Shown here: positions 26,362 through 36,268 of the stretch, one piece after another
Position numbering within the stretch: position 1 is the first letter of the stretch
Layout: the number at the start of each line of letters is the position of its first letter
NCBI GenBank assembly: GCA_046757485.1
Contig: JBHHYJ010000002.1
Location: 8,073 to 72,072 of the forward strand
From: Gemmatimonadota bacterium
GTDB lineage: Bacteria; Gemmatimonadota; Gemmatimonadetes; Palauibacterales; Palauibacteraceae
Direction: 5' to 3'
DNA: 64,000 nucleotides
The notes under the pieces: generated by a model
Database searches by the model: none
What the model was told of the DNA's origin: nothing
What the model saw: only the letters and a program-made list of their open reading frames with translations
Program-made: the position numbers and the translations under genes

Positions 26362-27601
26362 GAGACGGCGAGTCGTCGTGACCGGGATCGGCTCTGTTTC
26401 CGCCGCCGGCGAGGGGGTCGAGGGGCTGTGGAGAGGCCTGCGCCGGGGCCGCTCCGGTGTCGGCTTGATCACTCGCTTCGACGCGACGCCGTTCCGGACG
26501 AGAATCGCCGCGGAGGTCCCCGGTTTTCGCGCTGAGGAACGGCTCGGAGCCAAGCGGGCCCGCCGCGTGGACCGGTACAGTGCCCTGGCCCTCTGCTCGG
26601 CGGCGCGCGCCCTGGAGGACGCGGAGCTCCGGCCCGAGAGGGTCGACCGGGATCGGGTCGCCGTCCAGCTGGGCTCGGCGCTGGGAGGGGTGGCCTACGC
26701 GGAGGAACAGCACGCGCGCTTCGTCTCTCAGGGTCCACGCCGCGTGAACCCGATGCTGGCCCTGTCCGTCTTCGGGGGAGCGGCGAGCTGCAACCTGGCG
26801 ATCGAATTCGGCTTCACCGGGCCCAACTCCACGAACGCGATGAGTTGCGCTTCCGGAACGATCGCGATCGGCAACGCTTTCCGCCTCATTCGCGCGGGTG
26901 AGGCGGATGTGGCGCTCGCGGGCGGCGCCGAAGCCCCGCTGGCACCGCTCACCTTCGGAGCGTTCGCGCTCATCCGGGCCATGTCGACGAGGAACGCGGA
27001 TCCGGCCACCGCCTGCCGCCCGTTCGACGCGGCGCGGGACGGGTTCGTGATGGGCGAGGGCGCGGCCGTCCTGGTGCTGGAAGAGCTGGGTCACGCGTTG
27101 CGCCGGGACGCGCCGGTGTACGCCGAGCTGTGCGGTTTCGGGACGACGAACGACGCCCACCACATGACCGCTCCGCTCCCGGGAGGCGTACAGGCGGCCC
27201 GGGCCATGAGGTTGGCCCTCGCCGACGCGGGGGTCGGCTCTGGAAGCGTGGATTACGTGAACGCCCACGGCTCTTCCACGCCCCTGAACGACGCGACGGA
27301 GGCCGTGGCGATTCGGTCGATCTTCGATGGGCGGGCGGGCGAGGTCCGCGTGAGCGGCACGAAGGCGTACTACGGGCACGCACTGGGTGCGTCCGGCGCC
27401 ATCGAGACGGCGATCGCGTGCCTCGGGCTGGCGCGGGACTGGCTGGCCCCATCGCTCAACCTCGAACGCCCGGGCGAGGGGTGCGACCTGCGCTTCGTGC
27501 CGCCGCCGGGGGAGTCGTTTCAGGCGGAGTACGCCCTGAGCAACTCCTTCGGCTTCGGGGGGATCAACGCGGTGCTTCTTCTCCGGCGCTTCGACGGGTA
27601 A
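26354..27601 (+). CDS. Beta-ketoacyl-[ACP] synthase (FabF/KAS II-like)
   Basis: GGAGGAG then GTG at 26354. Active-site Cys motif (NAMSCASGTIAIG), His motifs (NAHGSSTPLNDATE, YYGHALGASGAIE) and C-terminal NSFGFGGINAVLLL. Confidence 0.85.
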   Translation: MAERRRVVVTGIGSVSAAGEGVEGLWRGLRRGRSGVGLITRFDATPFRTRIAAEVPGFRAEERLGAKRARRVDRYSALALCSAARALEDAELRPERVDRDRVAVQLGSALGGVAYAEEQHARFVSQGPRRVNPMLALSVFGGAASCNLAIEFGFTGPNSTNAMSCASGTIAIGNAFRLIRAGEADVALAGGAEAPLAPLTFGAFALIRAMSTRNADPATACRPFDAARDGFVMGEGAAVLVLEELGHALRRDAPVYAELCGFGTTNDAHHMTAPLPGGVQAARAMRLALADAGVGSGSVDYVNAHGSSTPLNDATEAVAIRSIFDGRAGEVRVSGTKAYYGHALGASGAIETAIACLGLARDWLAPSLNLERPGEGCDLRFVPPPGESFQAEYALSNSFGFGGINAVLLLRRFDG

Positions 27602-27690
27602 GCCCACGGGGACGCCGGGTGCGCAGCGGGCCGGCACGCGCCCGCGCTCGGGCCATGCGGGGCGGGCCCGGACAGGCCGCGCCGGCCAGG

Positions 27691-28800
27691 CTAGGCGGAC
27701 GCCGCGCGCTCCCGCAGCCGTTCCAGCGCCCAGGCGGCGTGCTCGCGGACGAGAGGCGACGGGTCGCGCCGAGCCCGCCGCAGCACCTCCACCGCCGCCG
27801 CGTGCCCGCTGTTCCCGAGGCCCACGCACAGGTTGCGGAGCAGCCCGTCGCGGCCCGGGCGATAGAAGACGCTCCTCCGGTAGCGGGCTCTGAAGCTGTC
27901 GGCATCGAGGCCCAGGAGCTCCTCCGCCCACTCGATCATCGTCGACGGAGCGACGGGGGACCCCGGGCGGACCCGTCCGCCCGGCGACGCGTCGTCTGGA
28001 GCGGTGGGGTCGGCGTTCCACGGGCAAACCTCCTGGCAGATGTCGCACCCGAAGATGCGGTTGCCCAGGAGGGGGCGCAGCTCCGCGGGGATCGAGCCCC
28101 GCAGCTCGATCGTCAGGTACGAGATGCACAACCGGGCGTCCAGCTCCCGGGGTCCCCGGATCGCGCCCGTGGGGCACGCCTCCAGACACCGGGTGCACGT
28201 GCCGCACCGGTCAGGCTCGAACGGGCCGTCCGGCGGCAGCTCCAGGGTCGTGAGGAGCTCCCCGAGCAGGAGGTAGGAGCCCAGCTCGGGATGAATCAAC
28301 AGGGTGTTCTTCCCGATCCAGCCGAGTCCCGCCCGCTGGGCGTGGTCGCGCTCCAGGACGGGACCGTAGTCCACGTACGGCAGCGTGCGGGTCCCGGGTG
28401 CCAGCTCCTCGATCCGCTCCGCCAGGCGGCCGAGGCGCTCCTCGAAGACCGCGTGGTAGTCCCGGTCCGCCGCGTAGCGGGCCACGACGGGAAAGAGCGG
28501 ATCGCCGGCACCCTCGGGAGCCCGACCCGCAGCCTCTGGCGCGTAGCTCAGCGACACGACGATCACGCTGCGGCACCCCGGCAGGGACTCCTGCAGCGAG
28601 AGCCGGCGGCGGACGGCATCCTCCCGGACCAGGTATCCCATCTCTCCGTGCCAGCCCCGGCGCAGCCACTCCCGATAGAACCCCGCGTGGGCCGGGGGCT
28701 CGGCGGGCGCGAACCCTACCTGGCAGAAGCCCAGCCCGAGGCCGGCGGCGCGGAGCCGCTCCCTCAGCTCAGCCGGGCCGGTATCGGGCACCGAACGCAT
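27691..28800 (-). CDS. queG: tRNA epoxyqueuosine(34) reductase QueG
   Basis: Two 4Fe-4S ferredoxin motifs, CGTCTRCLEACP and CDICQEVCPWN. HEAT-like C-terminus. Start at M51 of the track ORF (MRSVPDTGPAELRERL). Confidence 0.8.
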   Translation of the reverse strand: MRSVPDTGPAELRERLRAAGLGLGFCQVGFAPAEPPAHAGFYREWLRRGWHGEMGYLVREDAVRRRLSLQESLPGCRSVIVVSLSYAPEAAGRAPEGAGDPLFPVVARYAADRDYHAVFEERLGRLAERIEELAPGTRTLPYVDYGPVLERDHAQRAGLGWIGKNTLLIHPELGSYLLLGELLTTLELPPDGPFEPDRCGTCTRCLEACPTGAIRGPRELDARLCISYLTIELRGSIPAELRPLLGNRIFGCDICQEVCPWNADPTAPDDASPGGRVRPGSPVAPSTMIEWAEELLGLDADSFRARYRRSVFYRPGRDGLLRNLCVGLGNSGHAAAVEVLRRARRDPSPLVREHAAWALERLRERAASA

Positions 28801-29151
28801 CCAGACGGCGGAAGTGGACGGGCAACCGCGCCACGAAGCCGTCCCACGCTCGAGCGTTCGCCGGGGACCACCCGACTTCGGCGAGCGCCAGCATCCGGGA
28901 AGGAGCATGTACTCCACCTGGCTCGGCTCCGCCATGTACTCCGTCCACACGTTGCCCTGGGCACCGAGGATGTGCTTCGCCTCCCCCTGCGACAGCTCGG
29001 CCGGAACCGTGGCTCGGCGACGGAGCCGCGCACCCGGCGAGCATCGCGGCCGTCAGCGATCCGACGAACGCGGCGGGGCTTCGTCGCCTCCGGCTCGGTC
29101 TCACGCGGGCGGCCCACGGTGGTTCTTCCACGGGCCTCCAGGGCCCGTCGA

Positions 29152-29883
29152 TCAGCCGAAGCTGTGCGCGCTGGGACACAGCTCCGCCAAGGAACACCGC
29201 TCGCAGGCCGGCTTTCGCGCCGAGCACACGAGCCGCCCGTGCAGGATCAGCCGCCAGGCGAACTCCCTCCACTGCTCGCGAGGGAGGACCTCCATCAGCT
29301 CCCGCTCGATCTTCACCGGGTCCGTCTCGTCGGTGAGTCCGAGGCGGCCCGCGACCCGCCTCACGTGGGTGTCCACCACCACGCCCTCGACCTTCCCGAA
29401 TGCGTTGGAGAGCACGACGTTCGCCGTCTTCCGGGCCACCCCGGGGAGCTCGAGCAGCGCCTCCATCGTCTCCGGCACGACCCCCTCGTGCTCCTCGACG
29501 ATCTTTCGGGCCATCTCCTGAATGTGCTTCGCCTTGTTCCGGTAGAAGCCCGTGGGTCGCACGGCCTCCTCCAGCTCGGCCCGATCCGTCACGGCGTAAT
29601 CGCGCGCCGTTCGATACTGCCGGAAGAGCTCCTTCGTCACCCGATTCACCCGCTCGTCCGTACACTGCGCGGACAGGATCGTGGCCACCAGAAGCTCCAG
29701 CGGGTCGTTGAAGTTCAGGCTGATCGTCGTGTTCGGGTACTCCGCGGCCAGAATCGGGGCCAGCTTGGCGGCCCGCTCGGGGGGGTCGCCTCTCACCACG
29801 GGGCGGGTCCCGCTCACCCCGCCCCCGGCCACCGGCTCCCCGACCTCGTCCGCCGCATCTCCCGTCGGATCTCCCGCCGACAC
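29152..29883 (-). CDS. nth: Endonuclease III (DNA-(apurinic or apyrimidinic site) lyase)
   Basis: HhH-GPD motif LPGVARKTANVVL. 4Fe-4S cluster loop CSARKPACERCSLAELC. Confidence 0.85.
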   Translation of the reverse strand: MSAGDPTGDAADEVGEPVAGGGVSGTRPVVRGDPPERAAKLAPILAAEYPNTTISLNFNDPLELLVATILSAQCTDERVNRVTKELFRQYRTARDYAVTDRAELEEAVRPTGFYRNKAKHIQEMARKIVEEHEGVVPETMEALLELPGVARKTANVVLSNAFGKVEGVVVDTHVRRVAGRLGLTDETDPVKIERELMEVLPREQWREFAWRLILHGRLVCSARKPACERCSLAELCPSAHSFG

Positions 29884-29887
29884 GGGC

Positions 29888-31015
29888 TCACGTCACTCCT
29901 AGCTCGCGGGCACGCTTCACCCACTCGCCGATCTGCTCGAGAGTGAGGATCCCCACCAGCCGCCCGTCCTCCACCACCACGGCCTGCTCTTCCTTTCCGG
30001 GGCTGAGCCTCGCCAGGACCCGGTCCAGCGTCTCCCCGCGGTCGGTGACCGGCACCTCGTCCAGAGGCCGCATCACGTGCCGGACGGAGGTCGTGCGTCG
30101 CTCGACGGCCCCGAGCTTCGCCACGTCCTCCACCCCCACCAGGCCCAGCACGGCGCCGTCCTCGACGACCGGGTAAGCCCGGTGGGGATGCCCGAGGAAG
30201 TACTCCTCGATGAGCCGCTGCACCGATGTCTCCGGAGACACGGCGGGCGGTTGCGTCACCATTACCCGGGCGACGGATACCCGGGAGAGCATCTGGCGAA
30301 CCGTGAACTGCCGGTAACTCGTCGCCGCGGCGTTAGCGAGGAACCAGCCGATGAACCCGGACCACAGGCCCGGAATGAGCGCCTGGAAATGGAAGATCTC
30401 GATCGCGCCGAACGCGATGAGGAGGGCCCCGAAAGCTCGCCCTCCCATGGTGGCCCAACGGGTCGCTCTCTCCAGGTTCCCGGTGACGTACCACACGACG
30501 GAGCGGAAGATGCGCCCGCCGTCGAGCGGGAATCCCGGGAACATGTTGAAGATCGCCAGCACGAGGTTCAGCAGGGCCAGGAAGCCGAGGACGGTCCGGA
30601 CGGGGCCTGCCCAGCCGAGCGCACCCCCTACCCTGGCGAGCCCGAAGAAGGCGCCGGCCAGCAGCACGCTGGTGAGGGGGCCGGCGGCGGTGAGAAGAAA
30701 CTCGTCCGACGCCTTCTTCGCCTCCATGCGGGTCTGGGCCACCCCGCCGAACAGGAAGAGGGTGATCCCCTCCACCTCGATGCCGCGCGTGCGTGCCACC
30801 GCCGAGTGGGCAAGTTCGTGGAGGAGCACGGAGAGGAAGAAGAGAAGTCCCGCCGCCGTGCTCATCCCGTAGTAGGTCGGCGGGGCGTACCCCGGGAGCT
30901 GGTGGGAGAACTCCGCTCCGAACGTCCACACGACGAGCGCGAAGACGAGGAACCAGGAGTAGTCGATTCGGACCGGGAACCCGAACCAGCGACCGATGCC
31001 GAACCCCCCGAGCAT
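29888..31015 (-). CDS. Site-2 protease family (M50) zinc metalloprotease with tandem CBS domains
   Basis: HELAHS zinc motif. FPGFPLDGGR (LDG) motif. C-terminal CBS pair. Start at M69 of the track ORF with an AAGGGG RBS. Confidence 0.8.
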   Translation of the reverse strand: MLGGFGIGRWFGFPVRIDYSWFLVFALVVWTFGAEFSHQLPGYAPPTYYGMSTAAGLLFFLSVLLHELAHSAVARTRGIEVEGITLFLFGGVAQTRMEAKKASDEFLLTAAGPLTSVLLAGAFFGLARVGGALGWAGPVRTVLGFLALLNLVLAIFNMFPGFPLDGGRIFRSVVWYVTGNLERATRWATMGGRAFGALLIAFGAIEIFHFQALIPGLWSGFIGWFLANAAATSYRQFTVRQMLSRVSVARVMVTQPPAVSPETSVQRLIEEYFLGHPHRAYPVVEDGAVLGLVGVEDVAKLGAVERRTTSVRHVMRPLDEVPVTDRGETLDRVLARLSPGKEEQAVVVEDGRLVGILTLEQIGEWVKRARELGVT

Positions 31016-31023
31016 TCGCCCCT

Positions 31024-31722
31024 TCAGTCCGCCGGGGCCGGCAGGGCCCGGCACTCCACCTCGACGGGGGCCCGGGGGTGGGGGGCACCCCATACCTTCC
31101 ACCACGGCCGAGTCTCGCGGACGACCACCCACAGCCTTCCGTGCGCCAGGTTGCGAACCCGCACGAAGGCGCTCCGGGTGTCCCGAGGCAGCCGAAGCCC
31201 GTAGGTCTCTCCGCGCCAACCGAAGCGCGCCTCTCCACCGCGGTGCATCCGGGCCTCCACGAAGATGTCCGACTCCAGCCGCACCGTTCCGTCCGGTCCC
31301 GGCGGAACGGCCCGGTAGAAGGCGGGATCGAACGACTGGCCCGCATGGCGGCGCTGGTTCTGCTCCACCGCCCAGTCGTACTCCTCCAGGCCCCGTTCTC
31401 CCGCCGCCGCCTCACGGTGATGGAGCAGCTCGTGGAGAACCGTCTCCCACAGCTCCCGTTCCCAGTCGAAGCTCCCGTCCAGCCTCGCCAGCGCCTGGAA
31501 GGAACCGTAGTACAGGACGAGGCGGGAACGGGTCTCTCCCTGCCCCCCGTACTGGCTCGGCCACTCCTCCGTGAAGCACTCCCCCAGGGTGTGCACCCCC
31601 TTCAGTCCCGGGTGAGGCTTGACCACGTCCTCGACGGCCAGGGCCTGCACCCCCTCGCGCAGCTCCGAGGGGATCTCCTCCCACCCCTCCGCCGCGCGCT
31701 CACGAAAGCGCTCCAGCCTCAT
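31024..31722 (-). CDS. Zincin-like metallopeptidase family protein (DUF1025/Zincin_1-like) with an additional C-terminal region
   Basis: Only the last 232 codons of track ORF 31024-33627 are used. The start ATG overlaps the flavin-reductase stop as ATGA. HELLHH motif and WPSQ block. Confidence 0.5.
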   Translation of the reverse strand: MRLERFRERAAEGWEEIPSELREGVQALAVEDVVKPHPGLKGVHTLGECFTEEWPSQYGGQGETRSRLVLYYGSFQALARLDGSFDWERELWETVLHELLHHREAAAGERGLEEYDWAVEQNQRRHAGQSFDPAFYRAVPPGPDGTVRLESDIFVEARMHRGGEARFGWRGETYGLRLPRDTRSAFVRVRNLAHGRLWVVVRETRPWWKVWGAPHPRAPVEVECRALPAPAD

Positions 31723-32240
31723 GGACGAACGCTCGAGGCGCCCGGATCCGGCCCGCCTGCCAGGGTGCCGTACGCTCCCCGGAAGTGGACGAGCGGGGCT
31801 CTCGCAGGCTCCTCCGAGGCAGCGGAAGCCGCCCGCACCTGTCCCACGAAGATCGTGTGGTCGCCGGCCGGCACCGCCTGCACGACGGCGCACTCGCAGT
31901 AGGCCAGGGTCCGCGCGAGGAGCGGGGCTCCCGTGACCCCGGGGGTGGCCTCCGCTCCGTCGAACTTGGTCTCCCCCGTCTCGGCGAAGCGCCGGGCCAG
32001 GACCTCCTGCTCCCCGGCCAGCACGTTGATCGCGAAGATGCCGGAGACCTGGATCGCTCGATGGGTGTTCCGCTCGATCTCCAGGCAGGCGAGCACGAGC
32101 GGAGGTGTGAGCGACACGGAGCACACGGCCGTGGCGGTCATTCCGCACGGTACGCCGTCCCCGTCGCGGGAGGTGACCACCACCACACCCCCGGCCAGGT
32201 GGCCCAGAACGCGCCGAAAGCGCTCCGAGGAGATGGACAT
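31719..32240 (-). CDS. Flavin reductase family protein (FMN-binding split barrel)
   Basis: 173 aa. LAGGVVVVTSRDGDGVPCGMTATAVCSVSLTPPLVLACL is the classic flavin-reductase-like domain. Confidence 0.75.
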   Translation of the reverse strand: MSISSERFRRVLGHLAGGVVVVTSRDGDGVPCGMTATAVCSVSLTPPLVLACLEIERNTHRAIQVSGIFAINVLAGEQEVLARRFAETGETKFDGAEATPGVTGAPLLARTLAYCECAVVQAVPAGDHTIFVGQVRAASAASEEPARAPLVHFRGAYGTLAGGPDPGASSVRP

Positions 32241-32309
32241 GCCGCAATCTACCCAAGACGCCGGAACCGCACACGAGGCCGGGGCCTCGCCTCTCCCGGA
32301 GTCCCTCCC

Positions 32310-33776
32310 TCAGCCCGCCTCGCCCGCCTCCTCCCCCGCGGCCGCCGCCCGGCGCGCGAGCCAGCCGTTCAGGAACAGGAACGCGGCCAGGGCCAGGGTC
32401 CACTGGATGAGGACGGTGCCCACGTTGAAGGAGGAGAAGAGCGTGAAGCTCCCCGCCAGGTCGGTCCAATCCACCGCCTGCCACAACCACCATCCCATGA
32501 GGACGACCGCCTCCACGATCACGAGACGGATCGCCCAGTTCCACCAGCGGCCCACCCGGAGATCCGCCCCCTCGCCGTTGACGAGCCGTCGCCGGAAGCG
32601 ATCCACGCCGTGCTTCAGCACCAGGAAGGCGAAGAAGAACCCGCACAGCATGAGGCCCACCCCCCACACCCAGTCCTGATTCCGGAAGACCTCCATGAAG
32701 AGGGCGGACGGGAGACCGAGCAGGAACCCGAGGAGGCCCACGGCGAGAATGGCTCGCCGCCGCCCCACCCCCGCGTCCACCAGCACACGCGAGGCAAGCT
32801 CCAGCATGGCGATCAGGCTGCTCCACGCCGCGAAGACGAGCGCCAGAAAGAAGAGGACCATAAAGAACGGTCCGCCCGGCATGTGTCCGAACAGTTGGGG
32901 CACCCACACGAAGGTGAGCCCCTCGTTCCCCGCGCCCACGATCGTGTCGGCCGCGTCCGGCATCAGCGCGAAGACCGTGCACAGCACCATGATCCCGGCG
33001 AGGAGCGAGACCGAGTTGTTCCCGAAGCCGAGGAGGAAGCCGTTGAGCGTCGTGTCCTCCCGCCGACGCAGGTAGATGGCGTACGCCACGATCAGCCCCC
33101 AGCCCGCCCCCGTGTCCCAGGCGTTCTGGGTCAGAGCCTCCAGCCACACGCGGGCGGAGAGCAGATCGCGCCACTCCGGGGTGAAGAGGAACGCGAGCCC
33201 GCGGGAAGCTCCGTCCAGCGTCACGGCCCGGGCGGCCAGAACGATGACCAGAAGAAAGAGGCTGGGGATGAGTATCCGCGTGGCCCGCTCGATCCCCCGG
33301 ACCCCTCGGGCCACCACGGCGACGCCGAGCCCGATCGCGACCGCGTGCGTCCCGACCGCCCATCCGGAGCCCACGTAGCCATCCCAGAACTGCTGGGCCC
33401 GTTCCGGGGAGTGCATCGGAACGCTGCCCAGCAGGGAGCCGGCGAGGTAGCGGATCGTCCATCCCATGACGACCGAGTAGTAGAACATGATCGCGGTCGC
33501 GGTGAAGGCGATCCACGCCCCCATCCAGGCGAACCGGGGGCCCGCCAGCTTCACGAAGACCCCGATCGGGCCGGCACGCGCTCCCTTCCCGGCCGCGAAC
33601 TCGACCAGGATGAGCGGAACGGACCACAGCAGGAGGAAGACGGCCCAGGCGACGAGGAAGGAGCCGCCGCCGTTGGAGGCGGCCACCCGCGGAAACCGCC
33701 AGATGTTCCCCGTTCCCACCGCCATCCCCAGCATGGCGATCATCGTCGCCGATCGCGAAGAGAACCGTTGGCTCAT
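32310..33776 (-). CDS. Sodium-dependent transporter, SNF (neurotransmitter:sodium symporter) family
   Basis: Signature GTGNIWRFP near the N-terminus. About 12 TM helices. Start at M108 of the track ORF, overlapping the upstream stop as ATGA. Confidence 0.85.
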   Translation of the reverse strand: MSQRFSSRSATMIAMLGMAVGTGNIWRFPRVAASNGGGSFLVAWAVFLLLWSVPLILVEFAAGKGARAGPIGVFVKLAGPRFAWMGAWIAFTATAIMFYYSVVMGWTIRYLAGSLLGSVPMHSPERAQQFWDGYVGSGWAVGTHAVAIGLGVAVVARGVRGIERATRILIPSLFLLVIVLAARAVTLDGASRGLAFLFTPEWRDLLSARVWLEALTQNAWDTGAGWGLIVAYAIYLRRREDTTLNGFLLGFGNNSVSLLAGIMVLCTVFALMPDAADTIVGAGNEGLTFVWVPQLFGHMPGGPFFMVLFFLALVFAAWSSLIAMLELASRVLVDAGVGRRRAILAVGLLGFLLGLPSALFMEVFRNQDWVWGVGLMLCGFFFAFLVLKHGVDRFRRRLVNGEGADLRVGRWWNWAIRLVIVEAVVLMGWWLWQAVDWTDLAGSFTLFSSFNVGTVLIQWTLALAAFLFLNGWLARRAAAAGEEAGEAG

Positions 33777-34744
33777 GCGCTGCCCGCCTCGTTCGTAGGT
33801 ACCGAACCCGGGCTCGCCGAGAGCTTGTCGAGCCACGAGGAGAGAATCCGGTTGAACTCTTCCGACATCGAGATGTGGGCGCAGTGGCCGCCGCGGGGCA
33901 TGGGGACGTAGCGGGCTCCCGGAATCCCGGCCGCGATCTCCAGCGACCACTCCGCGGGACAGTAGCTGTCCTCCGATCCCTTGACGACCAGGGTGGGAGC
34001 GGAGATGGAACTCAGCTCCGGCCGCAGGTCCCTGCCTTTCAGGAGATTCACCCGGGCGGTGGAGACGCTCGCCGGCACGGTTCGCGGGCCCGTCCACAGC
34101 GCGTACTCCACCAGCCTCGCCCGGCCGGGAGAATCATCGTAGATCCAAACCGCGAGCCGGCTCCACACGGCCGCGGCCGCGGCGGCGAGGGAGGTGGGAA
34201 GGTAGCGGGTCGTGCCGATCGCCAGGGGCACGAGTGCCGTTCGGTTCAACCCCACGTGGTCGTACGCGACCCTCGCCAGGCTGTTGCACACCACGAGGGC
34301 CCGCACGCGCTCGGGGAAGCGGTACGCGAAGCGCAGAGCGATGGCGCCCCCCAGGCTCTGCCCGACCAGGACGACGGGGCCCGTCTCCAGCCGGTCCATG
34401 AGCTCGGCCAGATCCTCCGTCAGGCGATCGAACGTATGTGTCGGGGTGATCCGCCGTCGAAGGTCGGGGGCGACCGTTCGGTACCGGGCGGCAAAGAGGG
34501 GAAGCTGGAACCGCCACGTTTCCTTCACCCCGTCGGCGCCCGGCACCCACAGGATGGGCGTCCCCTCTCCCGCGTCCACGTAGGCGACGCGCTCTCCATC
34601 GGACAGCTCCAGCTCACCGCCGGGCAGGGGCGTGCGGTCCGCCCAAAGGACGGGCGGCGGAACCAGCGAGCGGTTGCGCCGCAGGATCGTCTTCCCGTAC
34701 GCCACGGCGCTCGCGGCGAGCGCGGCCTTCGTCCAGAGCCTCAA
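33773..34744 (-). CDS. Alpha/beta hydrolase fold protein
   Basis: Nucleophile elbow GQSLGG. The probable TTG start at 34742-34744 is preceded by GGAGG. Upstream codons of the track ORF overlap the M3-like peptidase gene and are rejected. Confidence 0.6.
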   Translation of the reverse strand: MRLWTKAALAASAVAYGKTILRRNRSLVPPPVLWADRTPLPGGELELSDGERVAYVDAGEGTPILWVPGADGVKETWRFQLPLFAARYRTVAPDLRRRITPTHTFDRLTEDLAELMDRLETGPVVLVGQSLGGAIALRFAYRFPERVRALVVCNSLARVAYDHVGLNRTALVPLAIGTTRYLPTSLAAAAAAVWSRLAVWIYDDSPGRARLVEYALWTGPRTVPASVSTARVNLLKGRDLRPELSSISAPTLVVKGSEDSYCPAEWSLEIAAGIPGARYVPMPRGGHCAHISMSEEFNRILSSWLDKLSASPGSVPTNEAGSA

Positions 34745-34752
34745 CGGGCCTC

Positions 34753-36246
34753 CTACGGCAGCCAGCGCCGTACGGCTTCGACCACCGGTTGGACGGCGAG
34801 GCGCTCCGCGCCCAGCTCCCTTGCCAGCAGGGTCGCATCCTCCCGCTGGCCTCCCGAGAAGAGCTCGAAGAGGAAGCGCCCGGCGGCGGGATTCCGGAAC
34901 CAGTCCTCGTCGAAGCGGTCCCGCACCACCCGCCACAGCGTGGCCCACAACATCCAGGCGCGCAGCTGCCGGGCCACCCAGAACCTTCGGTCCGTTCCCT
35001 CCAGATAGGTCCGGCCGTCGTACCGGAAGCCGGTCGCTTCGCTCATGATCTCGGCGTACGCGTCCGCCAGCTCCGACGGCCGGTCGCTCCTCCACACCTC
35101 CAGCTCGTACAGGAGCTTCCCGGCCTGGCGGCGGAGCTCGACGACGCGGAGCAGACCGGTCAGCAGAAGGTACTCCTCCAACTCCTCCCCCCCCAGTCGG
35201 GCCGCGCGCTGCACCCAGCAGCGCTCCTGGGAGAGGAGCTCGAAGAGGAGGGCGTACGCCTCCGTCACCGCCGTGTCGCCCAGGGCCCGGAACTCCCACG
35301 GGAGGCTTCTCTCCGTGTGGGCGAAGTGCAGCCCGTGTCCCACCTCGTGGAGCAACGCCCGGGTGTCGGGCCACCCGCCGGTGGACGAGACTCCGAGCAC
35401 GACCTCATCCGGTACGCTCAGCGGAACGCAGAAGGAGCCCGACCAGCGGAGGGGCCGCTCCTCCAGGTCGAGGCGCAGCTTCCCTCCCGCCTCGAGCGGG
35501 AGCCCCGCGGCGGCCAGATCCTCACGAACCCGCTCCAGCGTCCGGGAGAGGCCGAAGCGGCCGTTCAGCCAGGGCATCCGCCGCAGCCAGGCGGCATCGG
35601 ACCGTGCCGCCTGCTCCCGGGTCACGCCCAGGTGTCGCTCGAGCTGCCGGGCCAGATGAGCGGCGTGCGCCTCCCGCGTGGCGGCCAGGATCTCGACCGC
35701 CTGATGTTCCAGGGCGCCGACGTTCAGCCCGGAAAGCCGCCCCCGTGCCTCCACGTACGAGCCGAAGCCGAGATCGGCGATCGCCTCCCGTTCCCGATAC
35801 AACAGATCGATCTGGAGGGAGCGGGCCTCCTCGAACCGCTCGTTCCGCGCCCTCTCCAGGGCGATGCGGGTCCCGCGGTTCGGCTCGTTCTCCAGGGTGC
35901 GGGCGACCCGGCGGATCGGCAGCTCACGGCGCCCCAGCCGCACCGTCACGGTGGACTGCCAGGCGCGCAGCTCGTCCTCCAGCGGAGCCACCGCCGCCTC
36001 GACGCGCTGTTCCGCCACCCAGGCGAGTAGATACCGAAGCCGCCGCTGCTCCTCGCCCGTGGCCTGGGCCAGTTCCCGCTGGATGGCGGGGATCGCCTCC
36101 TCCCCGAGGAGAAGCTCGTGAGACGCGTATCGGTCCGAGAGGTTGGGTCGCTCCTTGAGGCCGGCCTTCGTCTCGTAGCGCTCTCGGGCGATCTCTCTCT
36201 TCAGGCGCTCGGCCCTGGCGCGAAGCTCCGGGACCCGGGGGCCCAT
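34753..36246 (-). CDS. Zinc metallopeptidase, M3-like (HExxH, oligoendopeptidase-like)
   Basis: HEVGHGLH zinc motif with a downstream Glu (TEAYALLFE). About 497 aa. Start at M45 of the track ORF. Confidence 0.5.
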   Translation of the reverse strand: MGPRVPELRARAERLKREIARERYETKAGLKERPNLSDRYASHELLLGEEAIPAIQRELAQATGEEQRRLRYLLAWVAEQRVEAAVAPLEDELRAWQSTVTVRLGRRELPIRRVARTLENEPNRGTRIALERARNERFEEARSLQIDLLYREREAIADLGFGSYVEARGRLSGLNVGALEHQAVEILAATREAHAAHLARQLERHLGVTREQAARSDAAWLRRMPWLNGRFGLSRTLERVREDLAAAGLPLEAGGKLRLDLEERPLRWSGSFCVPLSVPDEVVLGVSSTGGWPDTRALLHEVGHGLHFAHTERSLPWEFRALGDTAVTEAYALLFELLSQERCWVQRAARLGGEELEEYLLLTGLLRVVELRRQAGKLLYELEVWRSDRPSELADAYAEIMSEATGFRYDGRTYLEGTDRRFWVARQLRAWMLWATLWRVVRDRFDEDWFRNPAAGRFLFELFSGGQREDATLLARELGAERLAVQPVVEAVRRWLP

Positions 36247-36268
36247 TCCGCAACGCCCTCGCCCGCCC

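Noticed and set aside
28801-29151. About 350-nt gap between queG and nth, with a 10-nt direct repeat CATGTACTCC x2. Checked for a small gene.
   Set aside because: All frames are low-complexity. The direct repeat is short and single. No RBS/start combination stands out. Left as intergenic, possibly a degraded remnant.
26237-29946. ORFs 26237-28207 (minus) and 27130-29946 (plus, 938 aa)
   Set aside because: Antisense or alternative frames over the KAS, queG and nth genes. Translations are Arg/Gly-rich without domains.
31723-33627. Upstream 635 codons of track ORF 31024-33627
   Set aside because: They run across the flavin-reductase and SNF transporter genes in other frames. Only the last 232 codons (the zincin-like gene) have a start, a coupled overlap and a motif.
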